A stretch of 64,000 bases of DNA from Amphiscolops sp. MND2022. Taxonomy: Eukaryota. The position numbers were made by a program, and so were the translations under genes. The notes under the pieces are model-generated. The model searched no databases and was not told the origin of the DNA. It saw only the letters and a program-made list of their open reading frames with translations. Each line of letters starts with the position of its first letter. Position 1 is the stretch's first letter. The DNA is taken from NCBI GenBank assembly GCA_964187785.1, contig OZ076411.1, positions 8,990,001 to 9,054,000 of the forward strand, read 5' to 3'. Shown piece by piece: positions 23,580 to 38,500 of the stretch.

Positions 23580-25620
23580 TGAGCTTCCGTCAAGACTTTA
23601 CAGGTCACCTTCCGGTCGTAAACGGAACAATATTTGGCTCTCCTCGTTTTAGAAATGTTCATTTGAACAGGAGACCAGCTTTGATTGTATGAAATTTGTG
23701 ATTCACGGCACTAAATTATAAAAAAATGCTCACAAGTAGCTCATTTATGTTCCTCACGCATTGTCCTGAAAGTAACTACAGTGTTTTGAACCAAAGAAAA
23801 TTAGTCTTTCTAGTTCTCTTCACTTTCTAATACTAATAATTCCTGAACATCAATAATTGCAACTCAAATCAATTTTGCTGATGTAAGTTCCGCAAAAAGT
23901 TCTCTGGGACCCCATCATTGATCGAAACCTTTCAGTAACTACACGCGCCTCTACCCACCACCTTTCGCTCTAATCACCCATTGTACTTATTCTCGCAAAA
24001 CGATGTTCTAACGGGCAAAGAAACGCGACTCTGTTTCGTTGGAAATACAATCTGATAACAACGAAGCTGTTGAATTGTCGATTGAACTATCGCTGGCAGT
24101 GATTTTGGAGAGCCAGTTTTTGGAGAGCCAGAGAGTACAATTCATGGAAAAGACACTAACTGGGGCACAAACCACTCACTGAGTTGGCGCAACAGCAACT
24201 GTACGAGGTACAAGAGAAGTTGCCGGAAAGCAAGACCCCTTTATAGACTGGGAGAGATCAGAAACTGTAATCGACAGTTCTGTAACATCAGACCCGGAGG
24301 TTGCAACACTGTCCACGACTGGTACAAGTCGAACTGTTAGATCAGCTGTGTGACTACCATACTCGATGTACCGTCGATCGCTATGACTTCGACCATCCAG
24401 TCTCCCAGGAAGAAAAAACTCAGGAATTTGATATCGAAGACTATGCTCCTGAAGACAGCGACAATGATTTTGACGACGCAAACAAAGATACTGTTCCGTT
24501 TGTACCTTCAACTCCTTAGCAAACTGGTGGAAACCAGCCTCCATCAAGGCTACCAAGAAGCACCGCTGAACTCTTTGGAAGATTGGAAAAAATATCATTT
24601 TTTTCTCTTTCAATTATGAGCTGAACAAATAGTTTCCATTGCGGAAGATTCCAGATTTTTGAGAAAAAATTATGTTGAGAAAAGATTAGAAACTCATCTA
24701 AAATGCAAACAATTTATAATAGCCTGGGCTAACGATGAATATAAGCCTCCCGCCGTTCCATTCGAATTGAACGAGTTTGAGTTTTTGCAAAAGTCGATAC
24801 ATGATTGTTGAATACCACACTTTAGGGTCGTTTTTCACTGTTAAGGAGTTGAAATAGAAAAGTGACGATAGAGAAAGGAAATTGTTGTAACCCTTTGAAT
24901 GTCCTTTTAGATGATGTACTTGGGATTAGCACTAGGTGATTGGAACACCTAGTTTTTGCCCTTTAAATGTGGAACTCAGATATCGGCTTCACGGGAAGTG
25001 AAATTGTGATATTCTTTTTAGCTTATTGTAAAATTGTAGGGAATTACTTCCTCCAGCCATGTTTTGCTGACGAGCGTTGACAAAAAGTGCAAATGTCATT
25101 GAGCTGAAGGTAAAGTCGTGTCTGCAAAAGTGGGGAAAATTGTGTCACTAGTACCCCCGTTAAAATTCGATCGAAAACGAAGCAAAACCACTAGTCATGA
25201 TTGAGAAGAATGTGGACGCAGGACTGACTAATGATAAAAAGATGAGATGAACCCTCACTACTGAATTCGTGAAAATGTATGACTCAACACTTGGTCAGAC
25301 CCCCGAAAAGGAATCATGACAACTTACGAATATCTAAGAGAGTAAACTGCCGAAAAAATAAACTGGCAGAAATATGCGTTATATCGAACGCCCAAAAAGT
25401 GAATTGAAATCTAGAAAACGGTTTTCTGCTTTGCGTCCGATAGCATCCCGGATCATTCATCGAAAAATCGAAATTGAAGATTTACTTAGCTTGACCGTGG
25501 AGCCCGTGTCTCTAAGAAATGTTAGAAGATGCCAGATCTATTGCTGCACCGCCATTTCTTTGTACGATTTTTGACACGGTGTCGTCTTTCACATATTACA
25601 TGTATTTTGGGTTTATTGGC

Positions 25621-25730
25621 CCTAGAATACACGGAACGGGTTCAGTGGCCCTAGTACACACGGAACGGGTTAAATGGTCCTGGAATACACTGAATGGATT
25701 AGGTGGCCATAGATTACACGGAAATTTGCT
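25621..25730. repeat. Minisatellite, ~4 x 29 bp
   Basis: CCTAGAATACACGGAACGGGTTCAGTGGC-like units at 25621, 25650, 25679 and 25708. Confidence 0.75.
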
Positions 25731-26473
25731 TTCACACCAAGAATAATGGAGAAAAGTTGCAGAGAGTTGTTTCATTCGATATCTTGCATATACCACATGC
25801 TATCTTCACGGATAAACAAATCAAACCTTACTGAAACCCTTGTTTATTAATTTCTTGTGTAATATGCCTTCTATTAGGATTCTCAATATTCTCCGCTATT
25901 ATCGATGTTATCATATTCTTCACTCTATAGTTCGTGGTTGTAAAATTGTGTTTGCGTCTATATATCGCCTTGTTTTTTTGCGTAATAATTGATTTTCAAA
26001 TTGCTCTTTTCAATCGTGAAAGGACACCTAAAAACAGCTAAGACGTAGCGAGACAAATCTCGAAAAATGACAGATTACCAACTAGTAAAAGATGGTGATT
26101 TCCTAGTCACACTTACCCCCACCGCCTTCGATCGAGTTGATTTTTCTTTTCTTTCGAAGTTTTTAAAATTTATGTAGATACAGTTCTTGTCTCGTGCATG
26201 GTACCTACGGGTTTAATTGAGCTGTAGTGGAGCTATTCTCAATAAATAGTTAGAGCTACTGATAACCAAAAATCTTACAGGATTCCCAGACCGAAATCAG
26301 CAAAGGATAATTATGAAATCAGTGATGTGATTTATCTTGAATAAATAACATATGATATGTTCAAGTGTCGTGTGAAAAGGGAGTAACTGTTTATGTGGGT
26401 CTACCATTGGCTGAATCATCGGCATATTTGTCCACATAGAGGCAGTATTGTGAGAAATAGAAGTCGTCGTTTT

Positions 26474-26540
26474 TCATTCCATTAGGGTATAACACATCAC
26501 TATTTTCTTGAAGCTCACAAACACGCCTTTGTTTTTTGCA
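26474..26540 (-). CDS. Host gene last coding exon (CAP-Gly end, CAKNKGVFVSFKKIVM...*)
   Basis: Acceptor tttcag, phase 2, TGA at 26476-26474. Confidence 0.85.
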
Positions 26541-29500
26541 CTGAAACATCAGTTTTTTCTCAAAGTTCTCATTTTTTGAACTTTTACAATTTCATGTTCA
26601 ATTACAGAAAAGTTCAAATCTTCAAAATGACAATTGGTCTTTAATGACTATTGGGGGAGTGATGTCACATTTATTTTTTCAGTTATGAGTTTTTGAAGAA
26701 TTCAATACTAAATTTGAGGTACGTCATTTTCACTTTTCAGGAATCAATTTCAGTTTTTCTTCTTCCGAATGTTTTCTAATCGGTCAACTGTTTAACCTCA
26801 GAAACAACTGCATCACCAATTGGGCAAACTTCAAGATGAAAACAAAAAACAAGAAAAACCGAAAAAATTCTTACCAAGTGAAATATCGATGATCTTGGAA
26901 GGTGCCATCATGTTTGCCCTCTAAAACAAAAAAATCATGTAAGTAAAAAGCAAAGATTGCAACTTCGATTTTTTCATCGCAATAAAAATAGTATTGCGAA
27001 TTCCCATTGATGTGTGGTATAATTCGAAATAAAAACTGGTATAATAACCATATACTAAATATATATATTAAAATATATAAAACAAATCAAATAACTAGAT
27101 TAAATGGTTTCATGTTTAGATGTGGGAATTCTACGACGCGTGGTATCTAAATTTTCATGAGGACATATTTCGGGAAAAACATCGGCTTGGGAAGTGGATT
27201 CTGTTTGATGAAGATTGATTTGACGTGCAGAGCTTGTCTACTATATTAATAAAAGTTTAATTAACATTCCTAAGTTTTAATATATTATAATTTATATTTT
27301 AGTATATCATTGTGAATTATTATTAATCTAAAAATACTAGACTATATTGATAATAGTTCATATATTGTAAATAATATATAGTGATTACTATGAAGTATAT
27401 GAAGCAATAAATAGTAACAAATAATAATAATAATAATTATAGAAGAATAAATGAAATAAAATAAATACCATATTTATTATTATTGTACTAATTTTCTCGA
27501 CACCCTAGGTTGAAAAAAATATATAATTCTTTTTGAAAAATTCTCATAGGTCGAAAAAAATAATGATTCATCAGCAACTGAAATACTTTAAAACTGTCAA
27601 TGTTTTCATGATTGTTCATGCTTCGAGCTGGATAGTAGTACATTGAACTGAATTGTAGTACGTTGACATAGAACTTTCAATTGAAGTAAAAGAAGTCAAT
27701 CTGGGTACACTTACCAGCGTCCAGTAACTCTACCCCCAGATAGTAGTCTGTTCGTGAGGGCAGTTTTCCCACGTACTTAATGATGCCCTGACTGATTTTG
27801 CCCCCCGACCGGGAAAACTTGACCCTGTCGCCCGGTTGCATGTCCGAGGGGTTTCGGGGGATATAAGGGCGTCCTCGCTCGTTCGGTCTACTGAAACCAG
27901 AAACGAAATTTTTGAAACCCGGAACCATAAAAACCGGAACACATGAAAATTTTTAAGCTCTCAAAGTTTCGAATATTTGTCAACAAATGTTTCAAACCAA
28001 CTGTGAACATTGCAATTCAGCTTGTGAGTCATCAACTTCGCAAACTTTCCTCCGAAGCAAAAGAACTTTCACACATCAAAGTGTGAACGAAATGACTGGT
28101 AAAGACGGCTAGACTTTTTCTGAAGGTTCGGATTATTCTTTGTTGAAGATTTGATTACGTAATGAGAGGATGATTGAAAAAGAAAGTGGAAGATTTTCAG
28201 TGTCTTGTTTATAAATATCACTATTTTGAAGAGGAAATATTCCGTGAGTTTCAGTTTTTGGTTAGTCTTTCAAATTAAGTACAGGATGACTTCCCTAGTC
28301 AATTTTGCTTGAACTTTTTACATGCTGCATGAAAACATGCAAGCTAAATTTTTTTTACAAAACATGGAAAATTCCGGGAGTCACAGCTGCTTTCAAAATT
28401 AGAACGGCGTCCTAATGAAACCTGCAAAACTTTGCGGTGCAGAATTGCCGTCAAATTTAGGATGCATCTTATAGGCAGCTTGAAAAAATTAAATCGGATC
28501 AGTGAAGTCTTAATGTATGGACATTTCTTTGAGAATTTTATAAAATCATGGAAAATTTGCTTGGTAACCTACGAAAACGCAAAAAGTTCAAGCAGTTCCA
28601 ACCAGGGATAGCATTTTAACAAACATTTTTTCTTGGTTTTCATCATTGGTACATCGGACCGTGATTATCGACCAAACTTTAACTCAACCCATGGTTTTCA
28701 AAAATGGGTATTTCCTTCTGGGATTCAGGGCTTTACGTTTGGCCAATTTTTGGGCTCTAAATCCGCTCAATGACATGTTTTAAAAACTAATGACTTTTTG
28801 CTGTAGGGGGGGGGGACATAGTGAAAGAGATCCAATGAATCTAAGCATTTCATTGATGAAACAAGTAGAAAGTAGTACTTTAGATGGATTTGCAATCAAC
28901 CTGCTGTTTTTAGAGTCACTGCGTCCGTGCAGATATTTACTGCTTCCGTTCATCTGGGAGGAAAGATGACTCATACTTGCACTGGGCTGCACGTGACCAT
29001 GACTCATCCTGCTTGATGACTCATTCCGGGAAGAGGGCAAATGCCAGATGGAGTCAATTGTGGGATCTGAGAGAGTTTGAGAGAAATGGATGAGAAACAG
29101 AGAAAAGAGCCAAACATTTTTGAAACAAGTCAGAGTACCAAAAAAACGATTTGATCTGGTAGTTGAAAGTATACAATAGTGTAAAATTGGGCCGTTTGGG
29201 TGGGTCGTAATATTGCTACTTTAAAAGACATTTCCTCCACCAAGGACTTTCTAGGCTAGTCATAAAAGGTATAAAAACTGGATATTTCAGTGACATCTGG
29301 AGAAGAAACTTTTTATTGCTAGAGTCTTGCTCTATTTTTGCAAAAAACGCCGAATAACACAGAGGATTAGTTGAAATTCTTGATCTTTCCGAGAAACATA
29401 TTTTAAACAAAAACATTAGATGAAATCCACTTTTTGACCACACTCATATGATACCCTAGGTTGAAAAAAAATGTAATTTTCGAAAATATCTTGCAAAACG

Positions 29501-32500
29501 ACTGGCAAGATCTTGCAAGTCAATGCAATATTCTTGCAAACTGCAAGAAATGAATTGACATTGTGTTAGACTTGCTAAGAAAGTGCCGAACTTTCAAGAT
29601 ATTTGCATATTTCGACTGAGAAATCGGGTTGAAAACCTAAAACACCTTTCGTTCCATTGAAGATCACTTAATAAACAATTCCGCTAGTCCCTATTCTCTT
29701 ACTATCAAAGAAGCGGTTCCAGACATTTTTATTAAAAATGCTTTTAAATAAGATTTTCATAGACAATTGACTGGCCTCAGTCAGTCACCTCAGTTTTGTC
29801 AATTTAATAATGACTTAAAGGAGACAGCTAGATAGATACGGAGTCTCACTTCTTAAACTGTGAAGGACCCAAAAATATATCACTAGAAGTGTGATTTTAG
29901 TAATACTGCCTGAAAGCTTTTCTTTGTATTAAAAACCGACATTTGAAACACAGTTTTGATGTACATTGAAAAATAAATTAACCTCTTTTATCATGTATAC
30001 GATGAAGACTTTGAAGTTAGGCCGAACAAACCTAAATTGATCATAGGCGTGCATTGTTCAAGAAAAATCCCTGACAAAAATCTGTGATAATTTTTGAGAA
30101 TTGGTGAAGCCTTTGACTACATTATCATAACTGTGATGTCTTGCAAGGTTTTGATTTACTTTCTGGCAAGAATTGTATGGTCTTCTAAGATTCTTGCGAC
30201 ACTGGCATTCTAATTTATAATCTTGCAAGGTTTGCATCGGCTTGCAAGAAGCTTGCAAGAATACAACGTTTTGTAAGACACTTGCAAGATATGTGCTAGA
30301 TTTCTATTTCTTCCAAACTAGGGTCTCGCAATTCAGTATGAACCAGTAGTTCAAAAAACGGACAAACCTCGCAGTGAAAAAGTAGTTTTCATCTGCGCAA
30401 TGAAATTTTTCTTAGTTCAAATTTGGAAAAAATGTTTTTTTTAGCTGTCTTGATCTTCTTACCATCATAGTCTTTGAGAGCGGCGGAGTTGCTATGTTGA
30501 TCATGGTCTAATTGGGCACTTCCTGTTTTGTCGTAGAAGGAATCTCGTTCGGCATTGGCCACACCTCGCAAGCTGTTACGCCAACTCTCAACTCGATTTT
30601 CTTTATCTTCATCTACAAACAAAACAAACCTCACATCTTCAGAATTTTTCAGTTATTATGGGTTTAATTTTGCTCATATATGCAACCTTAAGTTCCAAAA
30701 AAGGATCTAAAAGCCCAGGACGGGAATACAATCTAAAGGGAATAAGATCTAAAATCAGGGAGGCGGAAATTTTGTCGCCAGAAATTTTGTCGTCAGAAAT
30801 TTCGTCGTAGGAAATTTCGTCGTATTAGCAAATCCAGAAATTTCGTCGTCAGAAATTTCGTCGTCGGAAATTTCGTCGTATTGATTAGAATTAACAGCGT
30901 TAACGAAAAGACATCATTTTAATTATTCAATTATTAAGTTATTAAGTTAGATCTTAAAAACAAGTTTCAGTTTGACACCAAAATTGGATTAAAGAAGTTA
31001 ATTGCATCTAAACAACTCATCAAGAAGCTTATTGATCAATAAGCTCGAGCAATGGTATACCTATTTTCAGTCCTACCGGTGGAACTACTCACCGGGGTTT
31101 TACAAAACAATTTAGGCTTGTTCCAGGGGTGAATTTTTGTTTTTTTAATCAAAAAATTATTTTAAAAATCATGGTAGTTTTTGCTTTAAGTGTCGAAACA
31201 AATTCGTGTTGGGGGGATAAGAAACAAGGTGTATCTGGGGGTATAAAGAACATGGTCCGAAACTGTTTCTCTCAAAACCATAACTAAAAATAGTCAATGA
31301 TAGCAATAATTGCCCAATTATCGATAATTATTAAGATAATTAACAAGACTCGATAATTATTAGGACTCAATGATAAAACGATTCCTAAAAGATTAGAGAA
31401 AATGCGACGGTTTATAGAACGTAATCACCGACGACGAAATTTCTGACGACGAAATTTCTGACGACGAAATTTCCGACGACGAAATTTCTGGCGACGAAAT
31501 TTCTGACGACGAAATTTCCGACGACGAAATTTCCGACGACGAAATTTCTGGTAATCTAAAATCACTAAATTTCAAATCTTATTCCCCCTTCTTAAGAATA
31601 AGATTTAAAATTTTAGAACTTACTTCCTTTGAAAGCATGTCAATCGAATGTGACCATTTTTGAAACTCTTCATCGAAATTTTGAAATCTTAGAATTTTTT
31701 CTACCTTAGTAAGATTCGATCTGGGGATAATTACACATCTTGGTAAGACCTTATTGAGAATCTTGCCATGGCATCCTAGATGCTGGTAAGAGAGTCAAAT
31801 CGGGTTTTCTCAATTATATTCAGAGTTTCTTTGAATTTTTATTTAATCTAGATTCAAACAATTCGAGGCCACCCGGGTTGGCAATCAATCGTAGTCCACT
31901 TGTGCTCACAGTTCTTAAGTGCCTTGGAAGACTCAACAATAGCGGGAAAAATTGAGCAAGACATTGTTGTATTAATTTTTTTACAGTTATGCAGATTGAA
32001 TTAGAAAGTTTCAAAGTTTCGGTGGGAAACTACACTGTGAACTGGGTACTCCTGATTAAATGTGATCCCTACAAAACTTATGCAGCCGGTCTGAAAACTC
32101 CTGACTAAGTGTGGTCCCTAGAAGAGGTTAGCATATTCGTTGTATGGCTCGGTCGCTTCGCTCCCTTCGCAAAGTAGCAACATTGAGGCATGGCCATATG
32201 GCACGTCGCTCCGCTTTGCTTCGCTCCTGCATTTAGGGCACTAGGGGTATGTAAACATAGCTGACAACGTTATAATAATAATTCCGACAAAATATTCCGG
32301 GACCACAGTTATATTATAGGGACTACACATAGTAAGGAGAAATCGCTTGGGACCACACTTAGTCGGGGTACCGCGAACTGTTGATAAATTCACTCACACA
32401 GGTATTTGTTGATGAGAGGGTCGTAATAAGAGGGTCTTTGCATCTCTGATTGTTGCCTTTGGTTTGTATTTGGCTTCCACTGGAAATTGTCTTCTTCTGA

Positions 32501-35500
32501 ACAAAATGAACTTAAGAATTATTTTTCATGCAAAAGGATACCCTGATCGAGAAAAAACATATCTTGCAAGAACCTTGCAAGACAATCATGAAAAATGCAA
32601 AACTTGCAAGATTCTGGCTGAAAAGGCAAATCTTGCAAGAATCTGACAGAAAAGTCATATCTTGCAAGAATCTTGCAAGATTCTTGAAAGACTTGCATCA
32701 CCAAGAAAAAATTCTTGCAAGATTTACATCACTATGCAGACAAAAATTCTGCTACAATCGAGAAGTGCCAATTGAGAAATCTGCCAGATTAATGCATTCA
32801 CTTGCAAGATCTTGCAAGAATGTCTACCGGAATCTTGCAAGTAATGTTTTTTTCCAACCAGGGTACATACGTCAACAGGTCTCCTCAGGAATATTGGCAA
32901 TCTCTGGATTTTTGGGATTGTCGACATATTTGTCGAAGTTAGGTTCGATCACGTTGATCATGCTTCTTCGTAAACGTGAATAAAAACAATAGGATTAATC
33001 GATTTTTTTTCGGAACGTTAAAAAGAAATAAATGCCTCGCCTTCCCTAAATCAACAACTGCTGTGGAAACATTTAACTGAAAAAATTAAATGGTTTTAAA
33101 CAATTCAAGAATTCTTACATTTCAAGATAATGTAGTCTGCAATTGACTGTAATCTGAATTTCATCTGTAATCTGATGAAATATATGCTCAAAAAATGTTA
33201 CTAATAAACAATATTCGAAGCGTTCGGCAATTACACACTCTGGGCGAATTGGATCGATCAAAAATTTTGTAAGTTACAGCGACTTTTTTTAACGCGCAGT
33301 GAAATGCTGCCAAGATTTTCCATGCTGCAGTATAATTTTACAAGTTTTTCCCTGCGTGCAGTCTGAATTTTCTATGTTTCATGAAAAAAAATACTCTGCG
33401 TGCATGCCTGCAACATGTAAAAATTATCTGATTTTGATGGTTAGTTTGCCATATTTGTCCACCAGTTTGTTCGAAACGAGTATGCAGGAATATACCCAGG
33501 TCTAAACTGCCGGGACTTTTTACATGTTGCAGGCATGATGCACGCAGGGTAATTCTGACTTTAGTCAGAACTTTGAAAAAATATCACTGACCTTGATCAG
33601 CATCGAACCCGTTGATTCGTCTACTGTCCCTGTCTCTGTTTCGCTCGTTCCTGTCTGAGTCAGAGGAGGTGCTGTCGTTCATCCACCGGTCCTCTCGCCT
33701 CCTCTCGTACCCACTCCCCCCGTTCACATGGGCACCACTGCGCTTCTTCTTGCTGCCTGCGTCACTACAACACGAAGGGAAGGCCCTTTCCCAATCTCAA
33801 GATAATGGGAGTTATAAAGTGTTTTCACCTGTCTAGTCAATTTGACCCTGATCTCTGGGACTTGGAAAAGAGGTCAGTTTTTGACGCCAATGAGTGAATG
33901 GATCTGCGAATACGCCATTTTTGACCTTCAATCCGAGCACTTTTGTCTAATCCAACTTTTTGAAATTATTTTTGAAGAAATTTTGTTTTTTTTTTGCATA
34001 TGTGTAATTGTTCTCATTCCATTTAATTTTGATTATATTTATTTTGATTGGATTGAAACTTCAATCCGATTAAAACCCTACTTGAGACCGATGGAACATT
34101 TTAAATGCTGCAGGACTGTATTCAGGGTAAATGTTTTATAAAACTTTATCACACGAATCAAACAGGAAGTTGAATTTTATATACATGGGAGATTTGCTAT
34201 ACGTTATTTATAATAACAACGTTGCGTAAAGCTGTACAGTGTACATTTATACAACGTAAGGGTTTTTCTATGTGCACACTTTACTTTTAAAATTCTTCAA
34301 ACAACTTTCACTCACATTCAGGCAGTGTGCAATTGGAACGCCTCGTGCTCAGTTAAAACAAAAATACAGCAGACTTGCAGTAACAACTAATATTTGTTAT
34401 CACTCTCGTTCAGCATTATTCAACTTCAGCCGCCCCTTCCTCCTTCTGACAGCTGCTCCCTTATAAAAAAGCTCCTTATTACCCTGTGCACATTTTGAAA
34501 TTTTATTAGCTGAATCAAGGTCCTGCACCCGCGGAATAGTTATTCAAAGCAGAAGTTTAGCAGAATCATAACTTCAACACACGATCCAAGTGTAAGTGAC
34601 AGTTTATTAACAATTAAATCAATACAAGCTTCGCGCATCAAAAGGTAAAACAAATTGAAACCTAGTTAAAAGCGATTGTAAAATGGTGACAGTTGTGTGA
34701 TCTTTGTGAAAGGGAAGTTTTTCTTTAGTTCCATAAAACTGAAGTAAATTAAAATCTCATAAAAAACTCATAGCCCAAGACCCGATCCGATAACGCTTTT
34801 TTATTAGTGCAGCTTCCTGGTTCCAAGTGTTGCCAATGAGATTTCCATGCTGGCCTAGTTTTTCAGCTCAATACTGTGTCTTTCCACTTCGGCGTGTTCA
34901 AGGCTTTAAAAACATATTTGAACCAAGGCTCTTAAATTTAGAGAACCTACACTAAAAGTGCTTGTCAGACAAGATCAAACGCCTTTTTTGTAATCTTTCT
35001 ATCAAAATCGATTCATTTTCCATTTTCGTAACCTACATTTTGGTAACCTGCTAGTTGTTTTTGTCGAGTCGACCTGTGCTTGAAATCCGCATTCTCACCT
35101 CAAGTTGTACGTTTCGCCTCACCGAGTGAATTGACCAACTGGTCTTCCGCCTTCTCACAAAAAAACACGTGAAAGACCGTTGTTAACTTCCTGTTTTTTT
35201 CAAAGTATCTACTTCTGATTCTCTGTTGGGCGCTTTTTTCAACTTTTTTAGTTCTTTGTAGATTGTCGTATGAACTCAACAAGATGAAGATGACAAGTAA
35301 AGTTCTGCAAACTCAAAGATCGGACTAGACGTCTCTGTCAAAGCGTCTTGATCTATACCTTTAGCGTACCTGTCTTCATTTTCTCTAATGCACCGCCCAA
35401 AAGATTAGTTTTTTCCTACTACTTCTCCCAAGTGAAACTTTTCAAATTTCCTTTATCTCATCAACTAGAACGGCGTTTCACTGCACACGAACTATCGATT

Positions 35501-38500
35501 CAGTTTCGTCTCGAAGCTATTCACATTTGGCAAAATCAAACGTTTGTTAAATTTTCCATATGGTCGTGTTTATAAAAAAGCAAGTGTAAGAACTTCCTGT
35601 GCGTTCTTCTTCCCTCGACTGTCCAACATTTGGTCGTTTTTTAGTCAAATTCTGACAGTATATGAACCGATCCTGTTTGGTGTACCCCCAGTCAACCCAC
35701 CTTGTGTTCTTTTTGGTCCACATGGAATGAATTGTATGTGAAATATTCAAGATCAAATGCGAATTATGAACGTTGAACAAAAAAATAGCACTCAACCAAG
35801 CAACCCCACAGCAGCCACCTTGACATCTGTGACCACTACTACTACAACCCCAGTAATTAGTGGTAATGCAAGTAGTTCCTCAACACAACGCCATTTTGTG
35901 CATTCTACAACTCGCAACACTAGTACGAGCCCCACAAATTCCCTTTTTACTCTGCCTGGCGGTACACAAGATCCAGCTGGTGTCCCATACATAGCTCCGC
36001 TTCCGCCATGTCTCATGCCAGAATATTTAACACGAAAAAGCTACTTCGAAGAATACCTGCAAAATTGTAGTGTGTCAGCGCTTCTCAGGCTAATATTAGA
36101 ACGCACACAAAAAAGAACCACATTATTTTGCCTTGCGATTGAGAGAAAAAGTTTTGCGCTTCTACACCACGTCCTCTTCATCACAACAAATCATCTTCGA
36201 TGTTCTTTTGTTCTTTTTGATGCCTTTGCCAGAATTACACAACTAATGACCAAATTCTGAAAGCAAAGCTAAAAATCGATAAGCAGCAACCAAACCAAGA
36301 TATTTCATCTTTCCTATGGGACGTCGTGAATATCAGGATCATCCAGCCATACTAGATCCGATAGTTCTGACGTGCTTCATCGAAGGGTTGAGCGACAAAC
36401 CTGTTGGATGGGAGCTAAAAAAACCATTTTAGCCTCAGTGGCAGATGATTTGTCCTTAGTCATAGAACTGAAATTGGTCCTGGAGATTGAGAAAAGAAAT
36501 CCCCAAACAGCTCAATCAGTCAATCGGGTCAGTATGTCGAAGCTGAGTCAACAACAGCAAAAAAGATGCGATAGGTTCTATCATCACAAACTGAATTTCA
36601 GTGTTCAATGTTTAGACCAAACAGCCACTTGAATCAACGGTGAGACACAAACTCATCAAATCAAAATGATCACTCGGGATGGTTAGTCAGTCAGTACGGT
36701 TCCGGGCTTCACAGGGACGCGAAAACCTGAATCACGCAGGTAGATCGGTCAAAACGGAAAAAGAAACGTATCGTCAAGTTTCACTTCATCACAAGAAACG
36801 AGGTACTAATAACAACAAGCAAAACAATCGGCAGGCATGCGAGCGATGCACAGGAAAAACCCATACAACAAAGAAGTGTAAGAACTGTTTGAGAGTCGGA
36901 CACTTCCATAATGAATGCAAGGCTGACAGAGAGACCATTTAATCAAGAAATGTCTCCGCTAGCGTGTCAGAGTGCAGACCACATAACCAATCGAGGCCAA
37001 CAAAGTCAGTCGCGCAACTCAGTGGTGAATAACAGAAGTGTATTCGTTCGATTTTATATTTTTGATACGGTGATTGAGACTGTCCAGTGGTCTTGCCTGA
37101 ATTCTTAGGCATTTAGAAAGTAAAATACAGAGTATGAGTGACATTAAAGATAAAACCATCAAATACGAAGCTAGTTGCAGGCAATAGAAAACCCATAGTA
37201 ACACGCGGCATTGTGCAACTACCCTTGAAATTCGGAAACATACGTACGAACAACCATTTCATATTTCATGTTTTGGAGCAAGCAAAAATTGATTGTCTAC
37301 TTGGTTTAGACTTCCATAAAACCCATAAGTGCGACTCGTTGGTTTCCGAAGGTACACTGCATCTCGGTGAAAAAAAGACAGTCCCGTTGTTTCATCTTCA
37401 ACTCACTGATGCTACCACAACTGTGTTCACAGTGGTGGTGTCGGAGAAAGTTTCGGTACCTCCAAGACATTCAATGACAGTGCGTGCACACATCAATGAC
37501 TGAAAACGCCCATTGAAAGAGTGTGTAGCAATCGTTCAGCCGCACGAACTATTCGATGGCTGTAAAGCTGCACTGGACCAAACGCTTTTGTTAAACTTCA
37601 CTGAGGAGAACATCCCTGTAACAATCGAATTGTCTAGAGAAGAGCCACTAATAAAAAACGAGTAATTGCAATTGGGTACATCAGAAGTAGTCCCTAAATT
37701 ACAAACACAGAAGGAAATTACGGAAACAAAAAATAGGTGTGAAGTCTAACGTAACGAAAAAAAACTAAATCGTACGACTTGAATAACCTTAATTGAAGGC
37801 ATTAGTACCGAGACTTCAAACGAAGTAAATCAAATGTTTGCAGAACGTGTTTTTGAGCACGAGGATATATTTTAGCAGAACCAATGGGACAATGATCGTT
37901 GTGAAGCAGCGACAAACAAGATTAAGATAAAGTTATAACAAAGATCAAACCTGATTAAAATTCCGAAAGCCTCTCCACTGTACACAAGACTCCAAGATTA
38001 ATTAGACGGTTTCTGGACAAGAAATGGATAGCTCTTTGTCATGGACCCTACAGTGCAACATCCACGCTGGTGAAGGAAAATTGCAAACCCCACCTAGTCC
38101 TCGACTACTGGAAACTGAACAGTCAAACAATCTTGTCTTTATGACCAAGCCCGCCTATGGGAGGAATTTTTGACACTTTAGACATGCCCACGTTGGGTCT
38201 TTTCCACTTAAGATATGAAATTGGGATTACATCAGTTGACCTTAGAGGAAACTAGTCAAGCGAACAGAGCATGGACGCCCTTCGGCTCTTTCAAATGTTT
38301 AGTAATGCCGATGGGCCTCACGAATATTCCAAAAACCTGAGGGAATTTGTATTCGCTCATTTGAAGAAAAACGGTACCACACCTTGAAGATTGTATCATC
38401 TTCGCCGTTTCCTACGCGGAACGATTGGAGAGAGTGAAGGAAGCTTTAGGCAGATTCCGACAGGGCAACTTGCGGCTGTTAAAAAACTTTCAGGCTCATT

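Noticed and set aside
19028-23584. TGAGC as a TSD around the gag element
   Set aside because: The sequence after the upstream TGAGC does not match the LTR at 22810; likely chance.
23900-24620. Short ORFs on both strands (24176-24613, 24301-24519)
   Set aside because: Possibly degraded retroelement coding sequence, but no motif supports a call.
31393-31575. ORF encoding (EISSS)n
   Set aside because: Translation artefact of the 15-bp tandem array, which has an inverted partner at 30766-30880.
32528-32983. 151-aa ORF with repeated LAR/SCK/LQE words
   Set aside because: Produced by TCTTGCAAGA palindromes of a MITE; the same words appear on both strands.
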